Part shown: in pieces, positions 1-9,693 of the stretch
Numbering within the stretch: position 1 is the first letter of the stretch
Layout of the letters: every line of letters starts with the position of its first letter
IMG/VR virus record: IMGVR_UViG_3300033073_001071
Location: 488-64,487 of that record
Length of the DNA: 64,000 bases
DNA from: a virus
Direction: 5' to 3' (one strand)
Position numbers and translations under genes: made by a program
The notes under the pieces: generated by a model
Database searches by the model: none
What the model was told of the DNA's origin: nothing
Seen by the model: only the letters and a program-made list of their open reading frames with translations

Positions 1-286
1 CAATAAACTTGCTGGTGCGACTCCAGTAGTAATAAGGCCCCGGAAACAGTCGCTCAAGTTGAATTAGGTTTTTGTTTGTCAAAGGTCTTGGCAGTTCAAA
101 GGTCCAAGTCTGTAGCTTAAGTTCTTTAATGACAAATTGAAAACCAGTCATACTAAGTCGTATGCTGGTGTCGTCTGTGTGATTGTGCCAAAGAAATTTT
201 AATTCAGCTGTGCTTCGACCAAGTTGCAGTGCGAATATTTTTGTCAGCTGACTCTGTGTATATCTTTTAGGGGAAGATTTGATCAC
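1..286 (-). CDS. hypothetical phage protein (partial, runs off window start)
   Basis: Open frame read by hand from GTG at 286 (MIKSSPKRYTQSQLTKIFALQLGRS...PGPYYYWSRTSKFI); overlaps the end of the upstream gene; not in the ORF track. Confidence 0.6.
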   Translation of the reverse strand, partial: MIKSSPKRYTQSQLTKIFALQLGRSTAELKFLWHNHTDDTSIRLSMTGFQFVIKELKLQTWTFELPRPLTNKNLIQLERLFPGPYYYWSRTSKFI

Positions 287-554
287 CGCTTTTTAACAAT
301 ACTACGGTAAACTTATCAGTCTTGAATAAGTTGTTTAACTTCTTGCAAAGATTTATTGCGTGGCCAGGATTACTGAAACTGGTCTTCTTATACTTGGGAC
401 CAGGATAGTTGACCAACATGTTATGACTTTTTAAGTTAATGGGTTGGTTGTCGTAGAACACTGCCCAGATGCCTTCACTGCTAAGAATCTGTTCTGTTTT
501 ATAAGTTTGTCTATCGACATGATCGATTAGTACTGTGGGCTTGGGTCTGCTCAT
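267..554 (-). CDS. conserved phage hypothetical protein
   Basis: 95 aa ORF (MSRPKP...YPGPKYKKTSFSNPGHA) preceded by a CATAAATA late-type promoter. Confidence 0.75.
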   Translation of the reverse strand: MSRPKPTVLIDHVDRQTYKTEQILSSEGIWAVFYDNQPINLKSHNMLVNYPGPKYKKTSFSNPGHAINLCKKLNNLFKTDKFTVVLLKSGDQIFP

Positions 555-595
555 ATATTTGATCTTACAATATATTTATGCCTTAATATACGCAG

Positions 596-817
596 TTAAA
601 AAACGCCACCATCCATTTTAACAGTGACATCTGTGTCACTGTTACCTGAGGCATTTTTGTGCGCTAAAACTGCACATAAATTTAATAATTCAAACAATTC
701 TGCTTGAATATCGCGGGCTTCTTGGGCCGATAGGATCAGTTGTTTACTGTTGCTTTGATTCATGACTTTTACTTTGTCATTGAACTGTTTTAAATGCAAG
801 CTGATATTATTTGCCAT
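596..817 (-). CDS. hypothetical protein
   Basis: 73 aa ORF in a tightly packed operon. Confidence 0.65.
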   Translation of the reverse strand: MANNISLHLKQFNDKVKVMNQSNSKQLILSAQEARDIQAELFELLNLCAVLAHKNASGNSDTDVTVKMDGGVF

Positions 818-1283
818 TGGCCGCCTTTAATGCTTCCTGCATCTGCTCCTTGGTCATAAAAGGACCTTGAAATGGATAACGGTTTAGGGTAATCAATTTA
901 GGACAAAAACTTTTAACCCAACCATTGTTGAATTTGATAATGTAGTGTCCTGCACAATAATAGCTTTTACTTTTGTTTGTTTTGGTAAACACACCAAATT
1001 GGTGTTTGACATCCCACAGTATATTCCAAGGTTTATTGGTTACAGGAAAACCATATACTGAATGTTCTTGAACAGGTTTTGTTTTTGCTCTACTGTCTTT
1101 GTCAAAGGTAATGTTGTATTCTTTTGACAACAGTTTAATTGAAGGAAACCGTGTTCTGTTGTTAGTGTCTACATAAACAAAGCCACCATTGTCAACTGCT
1201 TGAATAGTAGCAACTTGATTACCGTGATCTTCTACTACCCAAAATTTATTCTTTAGAATGGGTTTTGCTATCAGTTCCGTCAT
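807..1283 (-). CDS. hypothetical protein
   Basis: ORF; start taken at MTELIAKP (1283). Confidence 0.7.
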   Translation of the reverse strand: MTELIAKPILKNKFWVVEDHGNQVATIQAVDNGGFVYVDTNNRTRFPSIKLLSKEYNITFDKDSRAKTKPVQEHSVYGFPVTNKPWNILWDVKHQFGVFTKTNKSKSYYCAGHYIIKFNNGWVKSFCPKLITLNRYPFQGPFMTKEQMQEALKAANGK

Positions 1284-1440
1284 TGTTGTTTTGGTCCTTG
1301 CTATATTGTTCATTTAACCAGTCGCGATATCGTTCGTAGTATTCGCTTATATCATACATAGGCATTTGTTTGCACCATTGCAGATATTCTTCACAGTGCT
1401 CTAGCCACTTTTCATGTAACCAATGTTGAAAATTCATCAT
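1246..1440 (-). CDS. hypothetical protein
   Basis: 64 aa ORF filling the gap in the operon. Confidence 0.5.
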   Translation of the reverse strand: MMNFQHWLHEKWLEHCEEYLQWCKQMPMYDISEYYERYRDWLNEQYSKDQNNNDGTDSKTHSKE

Positions 1441-1444
1441 ACAG

Positions 1445-1714
1445 TCACCATGGTGTTGGATAAGGATCTTCTTGATCAGTGGGCGTACTTAGTTTTTCCC
1501 ACATTAATTCATGATCATACATATAGGCCACTGGCTTAATCCATCCATGTCGAATACATTCATGAATTAAGTCTTTGTAATTTTCGGGACATCTATTACT
1601 GATTTCAAACCCAGCGCGAGGAGTAATTACTACACCGTTAGTCAACATGAAATCATCGTCGTTTTGACGAATGGTGCGAATACAGGCTGTAAATTTTTCG
1701 GAATCAATATACAT
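1445..1714 (-). CDS. hypothetical protein
   Basis: 89 aa ORF overlapping its neighbours. Confidence 0.6.
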   Translation of the reverse strand: MYIDSEKFTACIRTIRQNDDDFMLTNGVVITPRAGFEISNRCPENYKDLIHECIRHGWIKPVAYMYDHELMWEKLSTPTDQEDPYPTPW

Positions 1715-1937
1715 CGAATTTGTCTTTGAGTTGTGCTACGATGCGTTCTTTAACGCCACGAGCAAAATCTGCTTGATAACTGGTATAGACTATATCCTGT
1801 AGCTGTGCGTTTTCTACTAGGTCTATACAGTATTTAACAATTAGTTTAGCAAATGCAGCCTGCATATCAGGATTGATATTAGGATAGTGACTGCCACCTG
1901 CTTGCAGTTGAAATTCTTTTAGTAGTTCGTGGTTCAT
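1704..1937 (-). CDS. hypothetical protein
   Basis: 77 aa ORF with ATGA overlap with rnh. Confidence 0.6.
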   Translation of the reverse strand: MNHELLKEFQLQAGGSHYPNINPDMQAAFAKLIVKYCIDLVENAQLQDIVYTSYQADFARGVKERIVAQLKDKFDVY

Positions 1938-2905
1938 TGTGGATAGCTCGCTGATAAAAATTCTGCAAAAGCAGTGTTATTTTCACTTAGTTTAACAAGG
2001 TCATATTTGCCGCAGAATTTTAAAAATTGTGCGCCAATCATAGGACGATTTTTAACCTTTGAATTTTCTTGAATGGTTTCGATAATTTTAAGTTTAATGT
2101 CATCAGGCTGTGCAGTCAAATCGACCAACACACGATTACGATTGTAGTCATCCAAGACCTTGTGTTCGATGTCATTGTGATCGGTCCAACGCTGTAGCAT
2201 TAGATTGTTCCACGCAAAACCCTTGTTGTCGCGGTCGTTGTAGGCTTCTAAAAGTTTAGTCTTGCGAACACCAGGAAATGCACTAAACACATTGTCTGTA
2301 GGATCACCACGGATACACTTTTCAAATAGGATCCACTCAGGATCGGGAATAGTTTTTGGTTCCTTGGTCTTTTTGTCAATTACAGTCTTGCCTTTTTTAT
2401 CAAAAATACCTTCAATGGTATGAAGCTCGTCGGCAATACCATTGTACTGATTGACATTTTCTGCTAACAGTTGATGAAAGTCAGTGTCTGAACTTACGAT
2501 AGTATGGTGATCCTCGGGATGTGCTTGTATCCATCCTGCTACAAGATCATCTGCTTCCAGCTCATCGTGTCTAAGAACAGTACAATTTGTCTTGTCTTGC
2601 AAAAAGGTTTTGAGAGCGTCAAAAGTTTCCCAAAACAATTTGTCTTCTTCTTGTTCTGCTTCAGTAAGCGCCGCTCTTGCAACTGCACGGTTTTTCTTGT
2701 AGGGTTCATAGTAGTCCTTGCGCCATGAACGGCCTTCCAAACAGAATACTACATGGTCTGCTTTTTGATCTCGCCATGCTTTGTTAACACTGCCCAGTGT
2801 AACATGAATGGCAAAACCCAAGCGGTCCCAAGTATCGGCTTGACGATGTGCCGCATGACGGGCACGGAAGAATGTATTAGCTGTGTCAACAATAAGATAT
2901 CGCAT
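1934..2905 (-). CDS. rnh: T4-type RNase H / 5'-3' exonuclease (FEN/PIN fold)
   Basis: LIVDTAN, YKKNR, EADD, SSDTDFHQL and GDPTDNV motifs of 5'-3' flap exonucleases. Confidence 0.9.
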   Translation of the reverse strand: MRYLIVDTANTFFRARHAAHRQADTWDRLGFAIHVTLGSVNKAWRDQKADHVVFCLEGRSWRKDYYEPYKKNRAVARAALTEAEQEEDKLFWETFDALKTFLQDKTNCTVLRHDELEADDLVAGWIQAHPEDHHTIVSSDTDFHQLLAENVNQYNGIADELHTIEGIFDKKGKTVIDKKTKEPKTIPDPEWILFEKCIRGDPTDNVFSAFPGVRKTKLLEAYNDRDNKGFAWNNLMLQRWTDHNDIEHKVLDDYNRNRVLVDLTAQPDDIKLKIIETIQENSKVKNRPMIGAQFLKFCGKYDLVKLSENNTAFAEFLSASYPQ

Positions 2906-2911
2906 AGGATA

Positions 2912-2940
2912 ATAGTAGCATATTATTCATTTGCAGTCAA
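2912..2940 (-). promoter_or_regulatory. sigma70-type promoter for rnh (probably leaderless)
   Basis: TTGACT-17 nt-TACTAT; the ATG starts 7 nt after the -10 box and there is no SD. Confidence 0.7.
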
Positions 2941-3588
2941 TAGCATTTGAACTTTTGGTAAAATGAAATTGGCCCATGCTTGATGTGCGTCTGTGCCGTA
3001 ATGATAAAATTTTGGATTGGCAGGTTTATAGCCCATATTTTTTAACCAATAATAATAAGTAAAATTTTCATCATAGGGATCAATATAACTGTTAGCCCAA
3101 TCAAATTTAGATTTATTATATTCTGCTGTATAGAAGAAATGATTATAGCAATTAAAAAACAAGTGTTTAATATTATGGTTGGATAAGAATTGATGGAAAT
3201 GATAAATTTTAGAATGATTTTGTAGTTCTTTGAACTGTTGATATTCGGGGTCACAGTTATTGATAACCCATTTTTTATAACGATCTTGCAGTTGTGGATG
3301 AACTGTATCAAAACCGCTGGCAGTGACATGATAGGTTTGATTCTGCCAATACCAAGTTTCTCGTTCCCAAGTGCTCCACCCGATTATGATTAGATCTGGA
3401 GTTTGGCTGTCAAAGTATTTTAGTGTTCTATCAATTATGCTGTCGTTACTGCAAGCGGACACAGCATCGCATACATAATCATAACCTAACGCATCTGCAA
3501 CATATTTGCCGTATGCATAGTCTTTGCCGCCTGCGTCGTACCCATAGCTATGGCTGTCGCCGTTGACATAAAGAATGCCGGGCATCAA
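2923..3588 (-). CDS. SGNH/GDSL-like protein
   Basis: N-terminal GDSHSYG, CSND, IIGWS and a C-terminal His (YHYG..AHQAW). Confidence 0.6.
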   Translation of the reverse strand: MMPGILYVNGDSHSYGYDAGGKDYAYGKYVADALGYDYVCDAVSACSNDSIIDRTLKYFDSQTPDLIIIGWSTWERETWYWQNQTYHVTASGFDTVHPQLQDRYKKWVINNCDPEYQQFKELQNHSKIYHFHQFLSNHNIKHLFFNCYNHFFYTAEYNKSKFDWANSYIDPYDENFTYYYWLKNMGYKPANPKFYHYGTDAHQAWANFILPKVQMLLTANE

Positions 3589-3950
3589 CTTACCTCTGTG
3601 CGTCCGCCACCTATATCAGTTTTCTTTACGCCGCTGAGTGGCCTTGGATTATTGGCTTCGTATTGTTCAAAAGTTTCCAATACAACATTACGGCAAACAT
3701 CTTGGAACCAACGGTCCACAATGTCTGCGTCTGTTTTGCCTTGATAGCCAGCACGAAGTAGCTTGGTAATAAATTGTTCATTCCAATCCAATTCAAACGC
3801 ACCTTGTCCCACATTTTCGGGATCTAGGTCAATGCTGAGGATACTGACATAAGGTTCTCCGCGCTTGGTTGCTTCTGCCTTAGGGTCTTTTACTTTTACT
3901 GTTAATTTGCCTGCTGTCTTTTTAGCAGGTACTTTCTTTTCTGTTGCCAT
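3585..3950 (-). CDS. conserved phage hypothetical protein
   Basis: 121 aa ORF with GAFELDWN. Confidence 0.7.
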   Translation of the reverse strand: MATEKKVPAKKTAGKLTVKVKDPKAEATKRGEPYVSILSIDLDPENVGQGAFELDWNEQFITKLLRAGYQGKTDADIVDRWFQDVCRNVVLETFEQYEANNPRPLSGVKKTDIGGGRTEVS

Positions 3951-4204
3951 TAAAATATACCTTTCGATTTTAAACTTCTTCTCACACTTTGTGTTCTTGT
4001 TTTACTTTGGCGAATAAGATAGTTAGTTAATTTTTCAGGCCACCTTGCAAACATAAATGGTATGACTGCATGAACAGTGCCCATTACTGCTAATAAAAAT
4101 TGTATGCCTGCTACCCACAAGCCAAATTTAGCATGATCTAAATAACCTTCGTTTACTTCTTGTAAGTGACGAAAATTAAATAACTTCATTTTTTCAACTG
4201 CCAA
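3950..4204 (-). CDS. small membrane protein (DUF6356-like)
   Basis: HLQEVNEGYLDH followed by a hydrophobic helix and HAVIPF. Confidence 0.55.
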   Translation of the reverse strand: MAVEKMKLFNFRHLQEVNEGYLDHAKFGLWVAGIQFLLAVMGTVHAVIPFMFARWPEKLTNYLIRQSKTRTQSVRRSLKSKGIF

Positions 4205-4428
4205 ATAATAAATTCATCTTTGGCTATCCAATATTTTATCACAACTGGTTCACCGGGACCAGTAATCCACCGTTCGCCGTAGTAAGCATACTTACCCCAT
4301 AGCGGCTGTTTTGACAAAAAACATTTTTTAGGAGCCCAACATAGTCTAATACGCCAACCCTCTGCACGGTTCAAACCCCAAGTATCTTCCTGCGGGCTTT
4401 CTCTGACCGATTCATCATATAAAAACAT
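4186..4428 (-). CDS. hypothetical protein
   Basis: 80 aa ORF in the operon. Confidence 0.55.
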   Translation of the reverse strand: MFLYDESVRESPQEDTWGLNRAEGWRIRLCWAPKKCFLSKQPLWGKYAYYGERWITGPGEPVVIKYWIAKDEFIIWQLKK

Positions 4429-4637
4429 TATTCAGATACCTTACCCCATTTGATCTTTAACCAAATGCGTTCGTGTATGTAGTAGTCAATACTCAAGAGA
4501 ATGTGCAGTGCTGTGGCAAATCCTGTAGCACTTCCGATATCTCCTGTGAACAGCCATGTCCAAAAAATTGTGAACAACCAAGCGGTTATTCTGTAAGTTA
4601 TCATTCTCGTAATAGTTCTTTGTTTTGTTTCTGTCAT
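4428..4637 (-). CDS. DUF2061-like membrane protein
   Basis: ETKQRTITRMITYR...YYIHERIWLKIKWG pattern. Confidence 0.7.
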   Translation of the reverse strand: MTETKQRTITRMITYRITAWLFTIFWTWLFTGDIGSATGFATALHILLSIDYYIHERIWLKIKWGKVSE

Positions 4638-4639
4638 AA

Positions 4640-5491
4640 TTATTTCCCCCAGCCGTTACCCCATAGGTCAACATGCAGTCTTGGACTGTAATTATAACCT
4701 CTGGACAATGCCCAATCTGCTACATTCACTCTATTCTGTGCATAAGGTGTGACTACACCGCCCTGTGGCATTACATACACAACACCTTTAAAACCTTCAC
4801 TGCGATACTCGAACACAGCTTGATCAACTTCTTCAAAGTGCCGTTCGCTGTCAACAACAAATTTTAAATAAGTTGTTCCTACGGTTTCGTATTCACGGAC
4901 GACCTCAGGTTTAATTGCTTCAGTCCAGTCCTCACCACTAGCACTGAGTTTAGGGCTGACACTAAAAGTAATTTCGCCCTGTTGTGCCCAATCCTTTAAG
5001 TAGTCTTTGAACTTGGGCAATAGTCGCTGTGTACCGTTAGTTTCAAATGTTAAGTTTTTAAGATCTATCATATCTTCGTCACTTAACAATTCTTCATAAG
5101 CTCGTTGCCAACCCAGCAAAGGTTCTCCGCCAGTAATAACTAAATGCACATCATTGCCGTTCTTTTGTTGCCAATGATTGTTGGGAGTAAGGCTTAACAA
5201 CTTATTAATTAATGCACCCATTTCGTATGTGGGGCTTAGATCTCGAAAAGCAGGATGCCACGATGCATAACTGTCGCAGCCTGTTTCTACCAAAGGAAGT
5301 TCTTCAAATGTTTTGTACAAATGAATTTTTTCTGCTACTTCATCTGCTTCTGTGCTTCTACTGCCCGGCTTGCAACCAAACCCACTGCAAGTAAAGTTAC
5401 AACCGAATGTACGTAGAAATACACTAGGCACACCCACAAAGCGACCTTCGCCCTGTGCTGAATAAAAAATTTCGCTGACTTTAAGTTTCAT
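4640..5491 (-). CDS. queE: 7-carboxy-7-deazaguanine synthase (radical SAM)
   Basis: SEIFYSAQGEG, FLRTFGCNFTC, ITGGEP, ETNGT, SVSPK and RLHVDLWG; start taken at MKLKVSE. Confidence 0.93.
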   Translation of the reverse strand: MKLKVSEIFYSAQGEGRFVGVPSVFLRTFGCNFTCSGFGCKPGSRSTEADEVAEKIHLYKTFEELPLVETGCDSYASWHPAFRDLSPTYEMGALINKLLSLTPNNHWQQKNGNDVHLVITGGEPLLGWQRAYEELLSDEDMIDLKNLTFETNGTQRLLPKFKDYLKDWAQQGEITFSVSPKLSASGEDWTEAIKPEVVREYETVGTTYLKFVVDSERHFEEVDQAVFEYRSEGFKGVVYVMPQGGVVTPYAQNRVNVADWALSRGYNYSPRLHVDLWGNGWGK

Positions 5492-5756
5492 ATAAATTTG
5501 ACCATACTGATAGTTTATCTTTTTTGGCTTGCTTTGCTTTGGCAAGACCTTGTTCGGTAATTATACCTTCTTCTAATAGAATGTCAACCAGTGCTAGTAC
5601 ATCACCAATTTCGTTTTCTAACATAGTTTTATGTGCCAGGCCTGTCTTATAATGATTTGTGTCAATGCCAAATCTTCTACACTTACTGACTTCCACAATG
5701 ACTTCGGCGCATTCTTCTTGCAGAATGCCCATTGCTTCTTCTGTTCGTTTATTCAT
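5481..5756 (-). CDS. MazG-like nucleotide pyrophosphohydrolase
   Basis: ILQEECAEVI...ENEIGDVL all-alpha NTP-PPase motif. Confidence 0.75.
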   Translation of the reverse strand: MNKRTEEAMGILQEECAEVIVEVSKCRRFGIDTNHYKTGLAHKTMLENEIGDVLALVDILLEEGIITEQGLAKAKQAKKDKLSVWSNLYET

Positions 5757-5760
5757 TATT

Positions 5761-5922
5761 TTACTCGTTGTGCCAATCTGTAAACCTATACTCATACACA
5801 GGCAGTAATCCAAAAAGCCATGTACCGACTTGTACTCGATATATTGTTCTATATTCTACTTCTGGTAACCACTTGTCAGGCACATTTCTTATTCGTAAAA
5901 AGTCATCATTGAAGTTGTTCAT
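5761..5922 (-). CDS. small hypothetical protein (53 aa)
   Basis: [24 protein letters not shown]..., ATGA-coupled to the guaC stop; below the ORF-track cutoff. Confidence 0.5.
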   Translation of the reverse strand: MNNFNDDFLRIRNVPDKWLPEVEYRTIYRVQVGTWLFGLLPVYEYRFTDWHNE

Positions 5923-6932
5923 TTTACAAATACATCGTTGATTTGTCTGTTTACCCTAATAAATGTTGTGCATTTGGGTAATTGTTTGAGTGTTTCTGCA
6001 CCCACGTAAGTGCAGGTACTACGCACACCACCCAGTATATCTAATACAGTATCTTTGACTGCACCTTTATAGGGAATATCAACAGTGCGACCTTCACTGC
6101 TGCGATATTCAGCAACACCACCGTGATGCTTTTCCATGGCAGTGTCTGAGCTCATTCCATAGAACTGAACTCTGCCCTCTTTGATTTCACCGCCACCTTC
6201 ATCGTGTCCGGCTAACATGCCGCCCAGCATGACAAAATCTGCGCCTGCTCCAAATGCCTTAGCCACATCGCCTGGGCAAGTGCAACCGCCATCAGCAATA
6301 ATATGGGCATTGAGGCCATGTGCCGCATCAGCGCACTCAATGATCGCAGAAAGTTGCGGGTAGCCAACCCCAGTTTGTATCCTAGTTGTACATACCGATC
6401 CCGGTCCAATTCCGACTTTGACAATGTCTGCTCCTCGTAAAATAAGTTCCTGTGTCATATCTGCGGTAACAACATTACCAGCAATGATTGTTTTACCTGG
6501 AAATGCTTCTCGAACATCTGCAACATAGTCTGCAAATCGTTCTTGGTATCCGTTAGCAACATCAATACAGATAAATTTAATTTCTGGGTAAGCATTGATA
6601 ATCATGCTTAGGCGTCTAAAGTCTGTTTCGCTAGTGCCAGTGCTGACAGCAAAAAAGTCTGCTATGTTAAGCAAGGGCATAAGATCTGCTTCTGTATAGT
6701 CTTTGACCAAACAGGTAAACAGTTTATGCTCGCTAAGTGTTTGGGCCATAGTCACAGTGCCAACACCATCCATATTAGCAGCCATGATGGGCACGCCTAT
6801 CCATTCATATCTGCTGTGTTTAAATCTGTAAAATTTTGCTAAGTCAACTTGTTTGCGACTGTATAGTGTACTGCGTTTTGGTCGAATCAGTACATCTCTA
6901 AAGTCAAGTTTAACTTCATCTTCGATTCTCAT
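5919..6932 (-). CDS. guaC: GMP reductase
   Basis: [53 protein letters not shown] and YRSSEG. Confidence 0.95.
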   Translation of the reverse strand: MRIEDEVKLDFRDVLIRPKRSTLYSRKQVDLAKFYRFKHSRYEWIGVPIMAANMDGVGTVTMAQTLSEHKLFTCLVKDYTEADLMPLLNIADFFAVSTGTSETDFRRLSMIINAYPEIKFICIDVANGYQERFADYVADVREAFPGKTIIAGNVVTADMTQELILRGADIVKVGIGPGSVCTTRIQTGVGYPQLSAIIECADAAHGLNAHIIADGGCTCPGDVAKAFGAGADFVMLGGMLAGHDEGGGEIKEGRVQFYGMSSDTAMEKHHGGVAEYRSSEGRTVDIPYKGAVKDTVLDILGGVRSTCTYVGAETLKQLPKCTTFIRVNRQINDVFVK

Positions 6933-8104
6933 AATTTTTCTTCTATTAGTTCTACTACTTGTTTGGCTGTGACTGGTGCCAAAGTCCAACCCAAATGTCC
7001 ATGTCCAGTATTATAAAATACTTTTTGATTTTTGTCACTCTGTTTGACAATAGGCATCATGTTTGGTGTCATTGGTCTTAAACAGGCCCATTGACTGTAG
7101 TCATGTGTGTTCATGTTAGGAAAGTTTTCATGCACCCAATTTAATAAAGGTTCAATTCGTGCTCTTGTAATGTCATAGTTTTCGCCGGCTAACTCAGCAG
7201 TGCCTGCTACTCTGAATCTATTGCCTAAACTGCTAGTAACAATTTTGGCTTCATCGTCTAACAAACTTACAGCCGGAGGTTTTACATTGTTAATTGTAAC
7301 GCTATAGCCTTTTACAGGATAAACATCCAGTCTATCACCTACGCTGTTAGCTAATTGTTCGCTGCCAACTCCTGCTGAAACAATAACAGCATCAAATGTT
7401 TTTGAATATGCTGTCAATGAATCCACTTTAGTTGTGCGATGAAATACTACTTGATATTTCTTTTCCAATACAGCCATTAATTCATAGCAAAATTTATGTA
7501 TATCTCCAGTCCAATCGCTGGCAGTAAAGGTTGCGCCCACACAATCCTGAATGTCTTTTAAGGTGGGATCTAGGTCAGTCATTTGAGTAACTGGAATTAC
7601 AGTTCTATCTAGACCATTGTCTCTGTATAACTTGGTTGCTGTTACAGCAGATTGCCAGTAATTTTCGGATTTGTAAAAATGTAGAATACCGCAGCTCTTG
7701 CTGTCAAACTTAATTTTTTCTTCTGCACATATAGCATCATATAGTCTGCGAGATTCTAAACCTAATTTAATTGTTTGTTCTGTATTGGTTTTGTAAGCGC
7801 CTGTGTAAGTGTAATAAAGAAACTTAATGATCCAACGCCACATGCGCCAATCTAAACGCCAAGGCTTAAACAACAGCGGTGCATCTTTTTTGAACATCCA
7901 CTTAATGCCTTTAATGACATTGCTATGTGTAGTCCATACTTCACTGTTACTTACACTGATTTGTCCACCATTTGCAAAACTGGTACGCATGCCAGCATAT
8001 CGTTCTTGATCGACAACCGTTACTGCGTACCCTTGTTTAGCGGCATAGTACGCAGACAAAACACCTGTAATGCCTGCTCCGATTACTAATACCCTTTTTG
8101 ACAT
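6929..8104 (-). CDS. FAD-dependent D-amino acid dehydrogenase (DadA-like)
   Basis: [30 protein letters not shown] and [10 protein letters not shown]. Confidence 0.85.
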   Translation of the reverse strand: MSKRVLVIGAGITGVLSAYYAAKQGYAVTVVDQERYAGMRTSFANGGQISVSNSEVWTTHSNVIKGIKWMFKKDAPLLFKPWRLDWRMWRWIIKFLYYTYTGAYKTNTEQTIKLGLESRRLYDAICAEEKIKFDSKSCGILHFYKSENYWQSAVTATKLYRDNGLDRTVIPVTQMTDLDPTLKDIQDCVGATFTASDWTGDIHKFCYELMAVLEKKYQVVFHRTTKVDSLTAYSKTFDAVIVSAGVGSEQLANSVGDRLDVYPVKGYSVTINNVKPPAVSLLDDEAKIVTSSLGNRFRVAGTAELAGENYDITRARIEPLLNWVHENFPNMNTHDYSQWACLRPMTPNMMPIVKQSDKNQKVFYNTGHGHLGWTLAPVTAKQVVELIEEKL

Positions 8105-8107
8105 TAA

Positions 8108-8728
8108 TTAACCTTGTGCTTGATTGCTCAATCTCTTTTGCAAATAGCTTAACAAAATACCATAAGCAGGAAGAATAACCAACAGGCTTACAAGGATCTT
8201 GGTAATGCTTTGGTTGGTAGCAACAATATGCCAGTTAGCAGCCATGAATTCATTGGCACCATAGGCAAAAGCAGTAAAGAAGAACACATAAGTGTCAAAG
8301 AAAGTACTGACAACAGCACTGAGCGTTGGTGCAATGTACCATGCTTGATATTTCTCACGGAAATATTGGAATACATAAACATCCAGCAGGTTACTTAGGA
8401 AATAAGCACAGCCAGAACCAAAACCAATTCGTAGTGCAACACTTTCTGGAGCACCGCCTGCCATTACTACAAGAATACTTGCAATGATAGCTGGAATAAA
8501 TGCCAGTCCAATTACAGCACGACCTGTTTCTTTACCGATCAATCTCACAGTCAAGTCAGTTAGTACAACTACCAATGGGAAGGTAAAGGCTGCTGCTGCC
8601 AGAGGATAGCCAAAAACATCCAATTTGAATTGTACTAGATAGTTACTGATAGCAATAATGATGATGTGTGCTAGCATCAACTTTGCTACTAATGCGCGGT
8701 CCACACCGGCTAATAATTTGTCAAACAT
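8108..8728 (-). CDS. yhhQ: queuosine precursor (preQ0/preQ1) transporter, VUT/YhhQ family
   Basis: IIAISNYLVQ, FTFP, TDLTVRL and LLDVYVF motifs; multi-pass membrane protein in que gene context. Confidence 0.85.
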   Translation of the reverse strand: MFDKLLAGVDRALVAKLMLAHIIIIAISNYLVQFKLDVFGYPLAAAAFTFPLVVVLTDLTVRLIGKETGRAVIGLAFIPAIIASILVVMAGGAPESVALRIGFGSGCAYFLSNLLDVYVFQYFREKYQAWYIAPTLSAVVSTFFDTYVFFFTAFAYGANEFMAANWHIVATNQSITKILVSLLVILPAYGILLSYLQKRLSNQAQG

Positions 8729-8737
8729 AATTTCTCC

Positions 8738-9070
8738 TTAATGGTTTCGTTTGCCGTCAAACACGCATACAAAATATAATGTTACTGCGTGACTCAAGTT
8801 ATGAACACGGTGAAATACACCATCTTCAATTAGCACAACATCGCCCCCTTGTACATGAAAGCGTTTGTCGCCTAATTCCATTTCACCCACACCGCTTACA
8901 AAGTAGTATACTTCTTCTTGGCCTGGATGACTGTGACCTCTTGTGCTTTGATTAGGCTTAAGTTCGGTAGAACTCAACACAAGATTGTTCAGTGTTTTAT
9001 TATCTTTGAGTAAGTAAGTTTCGTTGTCTTTGACAACTTCTCCGCCTATGTCGTATAGACTGTACTTCAT
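8738..9070 (-). CDS. cupin domain protein
   Basis: GHSHPGQEEVYYF...GDVVLI..GVFHRV cupin motifs. Confidence 0.85.
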   Translation of the reverse strand: MKYSLYDIGGEVVKDNETYLLKDNKTLNNLVLSSTELKPNQSTRGHSHPGQEEVYYFVSGVGEMELGDKRFHVQGGDVVLIEDGVFHRVHNLSHAVTLYFVCVFDGKRNH

Positions 9071-9573
9071 GCAAACAGATCCTCGTTCCATTCTCTGTAG
9101 CCTTCACGAAAAGCCATATTAGCTTGTGTTTCGCGAACTTCAACACGATAGCACCACAGTCTATTAGCTTCACCTTGACCCAGTAAGTCTGGAATATAAA
9201 CACCATTAACATACTTGTACAGCATGTCTGCCAGACCTTCACAGCCTAAGCGTGGAAGAACAGTCAGCTTGGCCATTTTCTTAGCTTCTAGTAGTTTATA
9301 CACTTCCAATTCGGGATCGTCCTGTGCAACTAATAGTGTATGATCGAATTGGTCTTCAAGTATCTTCTTAAGTTCTTTTAGACCGCCATAGTCCATGGCC
9401 CAATTACGAACATCTAGTTCATTAGTACCGAAATAAAATTTCATACTAAAACTATAGCCGTGAATCATGTTGCAATGACTGTCAGCACGCCATTGTCTAT
9501 AAGCACAGGGAAAAGCATCGTGGTATTCTTTTGTACTTACATATTTGTAATGTACGGGTTGTAGATTTGCCAT
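9067..9573 (-). CDS. queD: 6-carboxy-tetrahydropterin synthase
   Basis: CNMIHGY, MDYGGLK, FDHTLL, GCEGLA and VEVRET; SD AAGGAG. Confidence 0.9.
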   Translation of the reverse strand: MANLQPVHYKYVSTKEYHDAFPCAYRQWRADSHCNMIHGYSFSMKFYFGTNELDVRNWAMDYGGLKELKKILEDQFDHTLLVAQDDPELEVYKLLEAKKMAKLTVLPRLGCEGLADMLYKYVNGVYIPDLLGQGEANRLWCYRVEVRETQANMAFREGYREWNEDLFA

Positions 9574-9607
9574 CTCTAGTCTCCTTATTTTAAAGTAGCA
9601 AGTTTGA

Positions 9608-9652
9608 TGACACGCAGAATATTTAAAGAGGGATGAGCGTCAAGACCTCTTA
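9608..9652 (-). ncRNA. candidate preQ1-I-like riboswitch/pseudoknot in the queD leader
   Basis: AAGAGG-UCUUGACGCUCAUC-CCUCUU-UAAAUAUUCU-GCGUGUCA: a 6-bp stem, an AU-rich linker and a 3' segment complementary to the loop. Confidence 0.5.
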
Positions 9653-9658
9653 AGCAAA

Positions 9659-9666
9659 TATTTATG
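9659..9666 (-). promoter_or_regulatory. late-type promoter (CATAAATA) for queD
   Basis: TAAATA core recurs upstream of many genes here and resembles the T4 late promoter TATAAATA. Confidence 0.6.
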
Positions 9667-9693
9667 CTTTTATACAAAGGCATTTGTGTTTTG

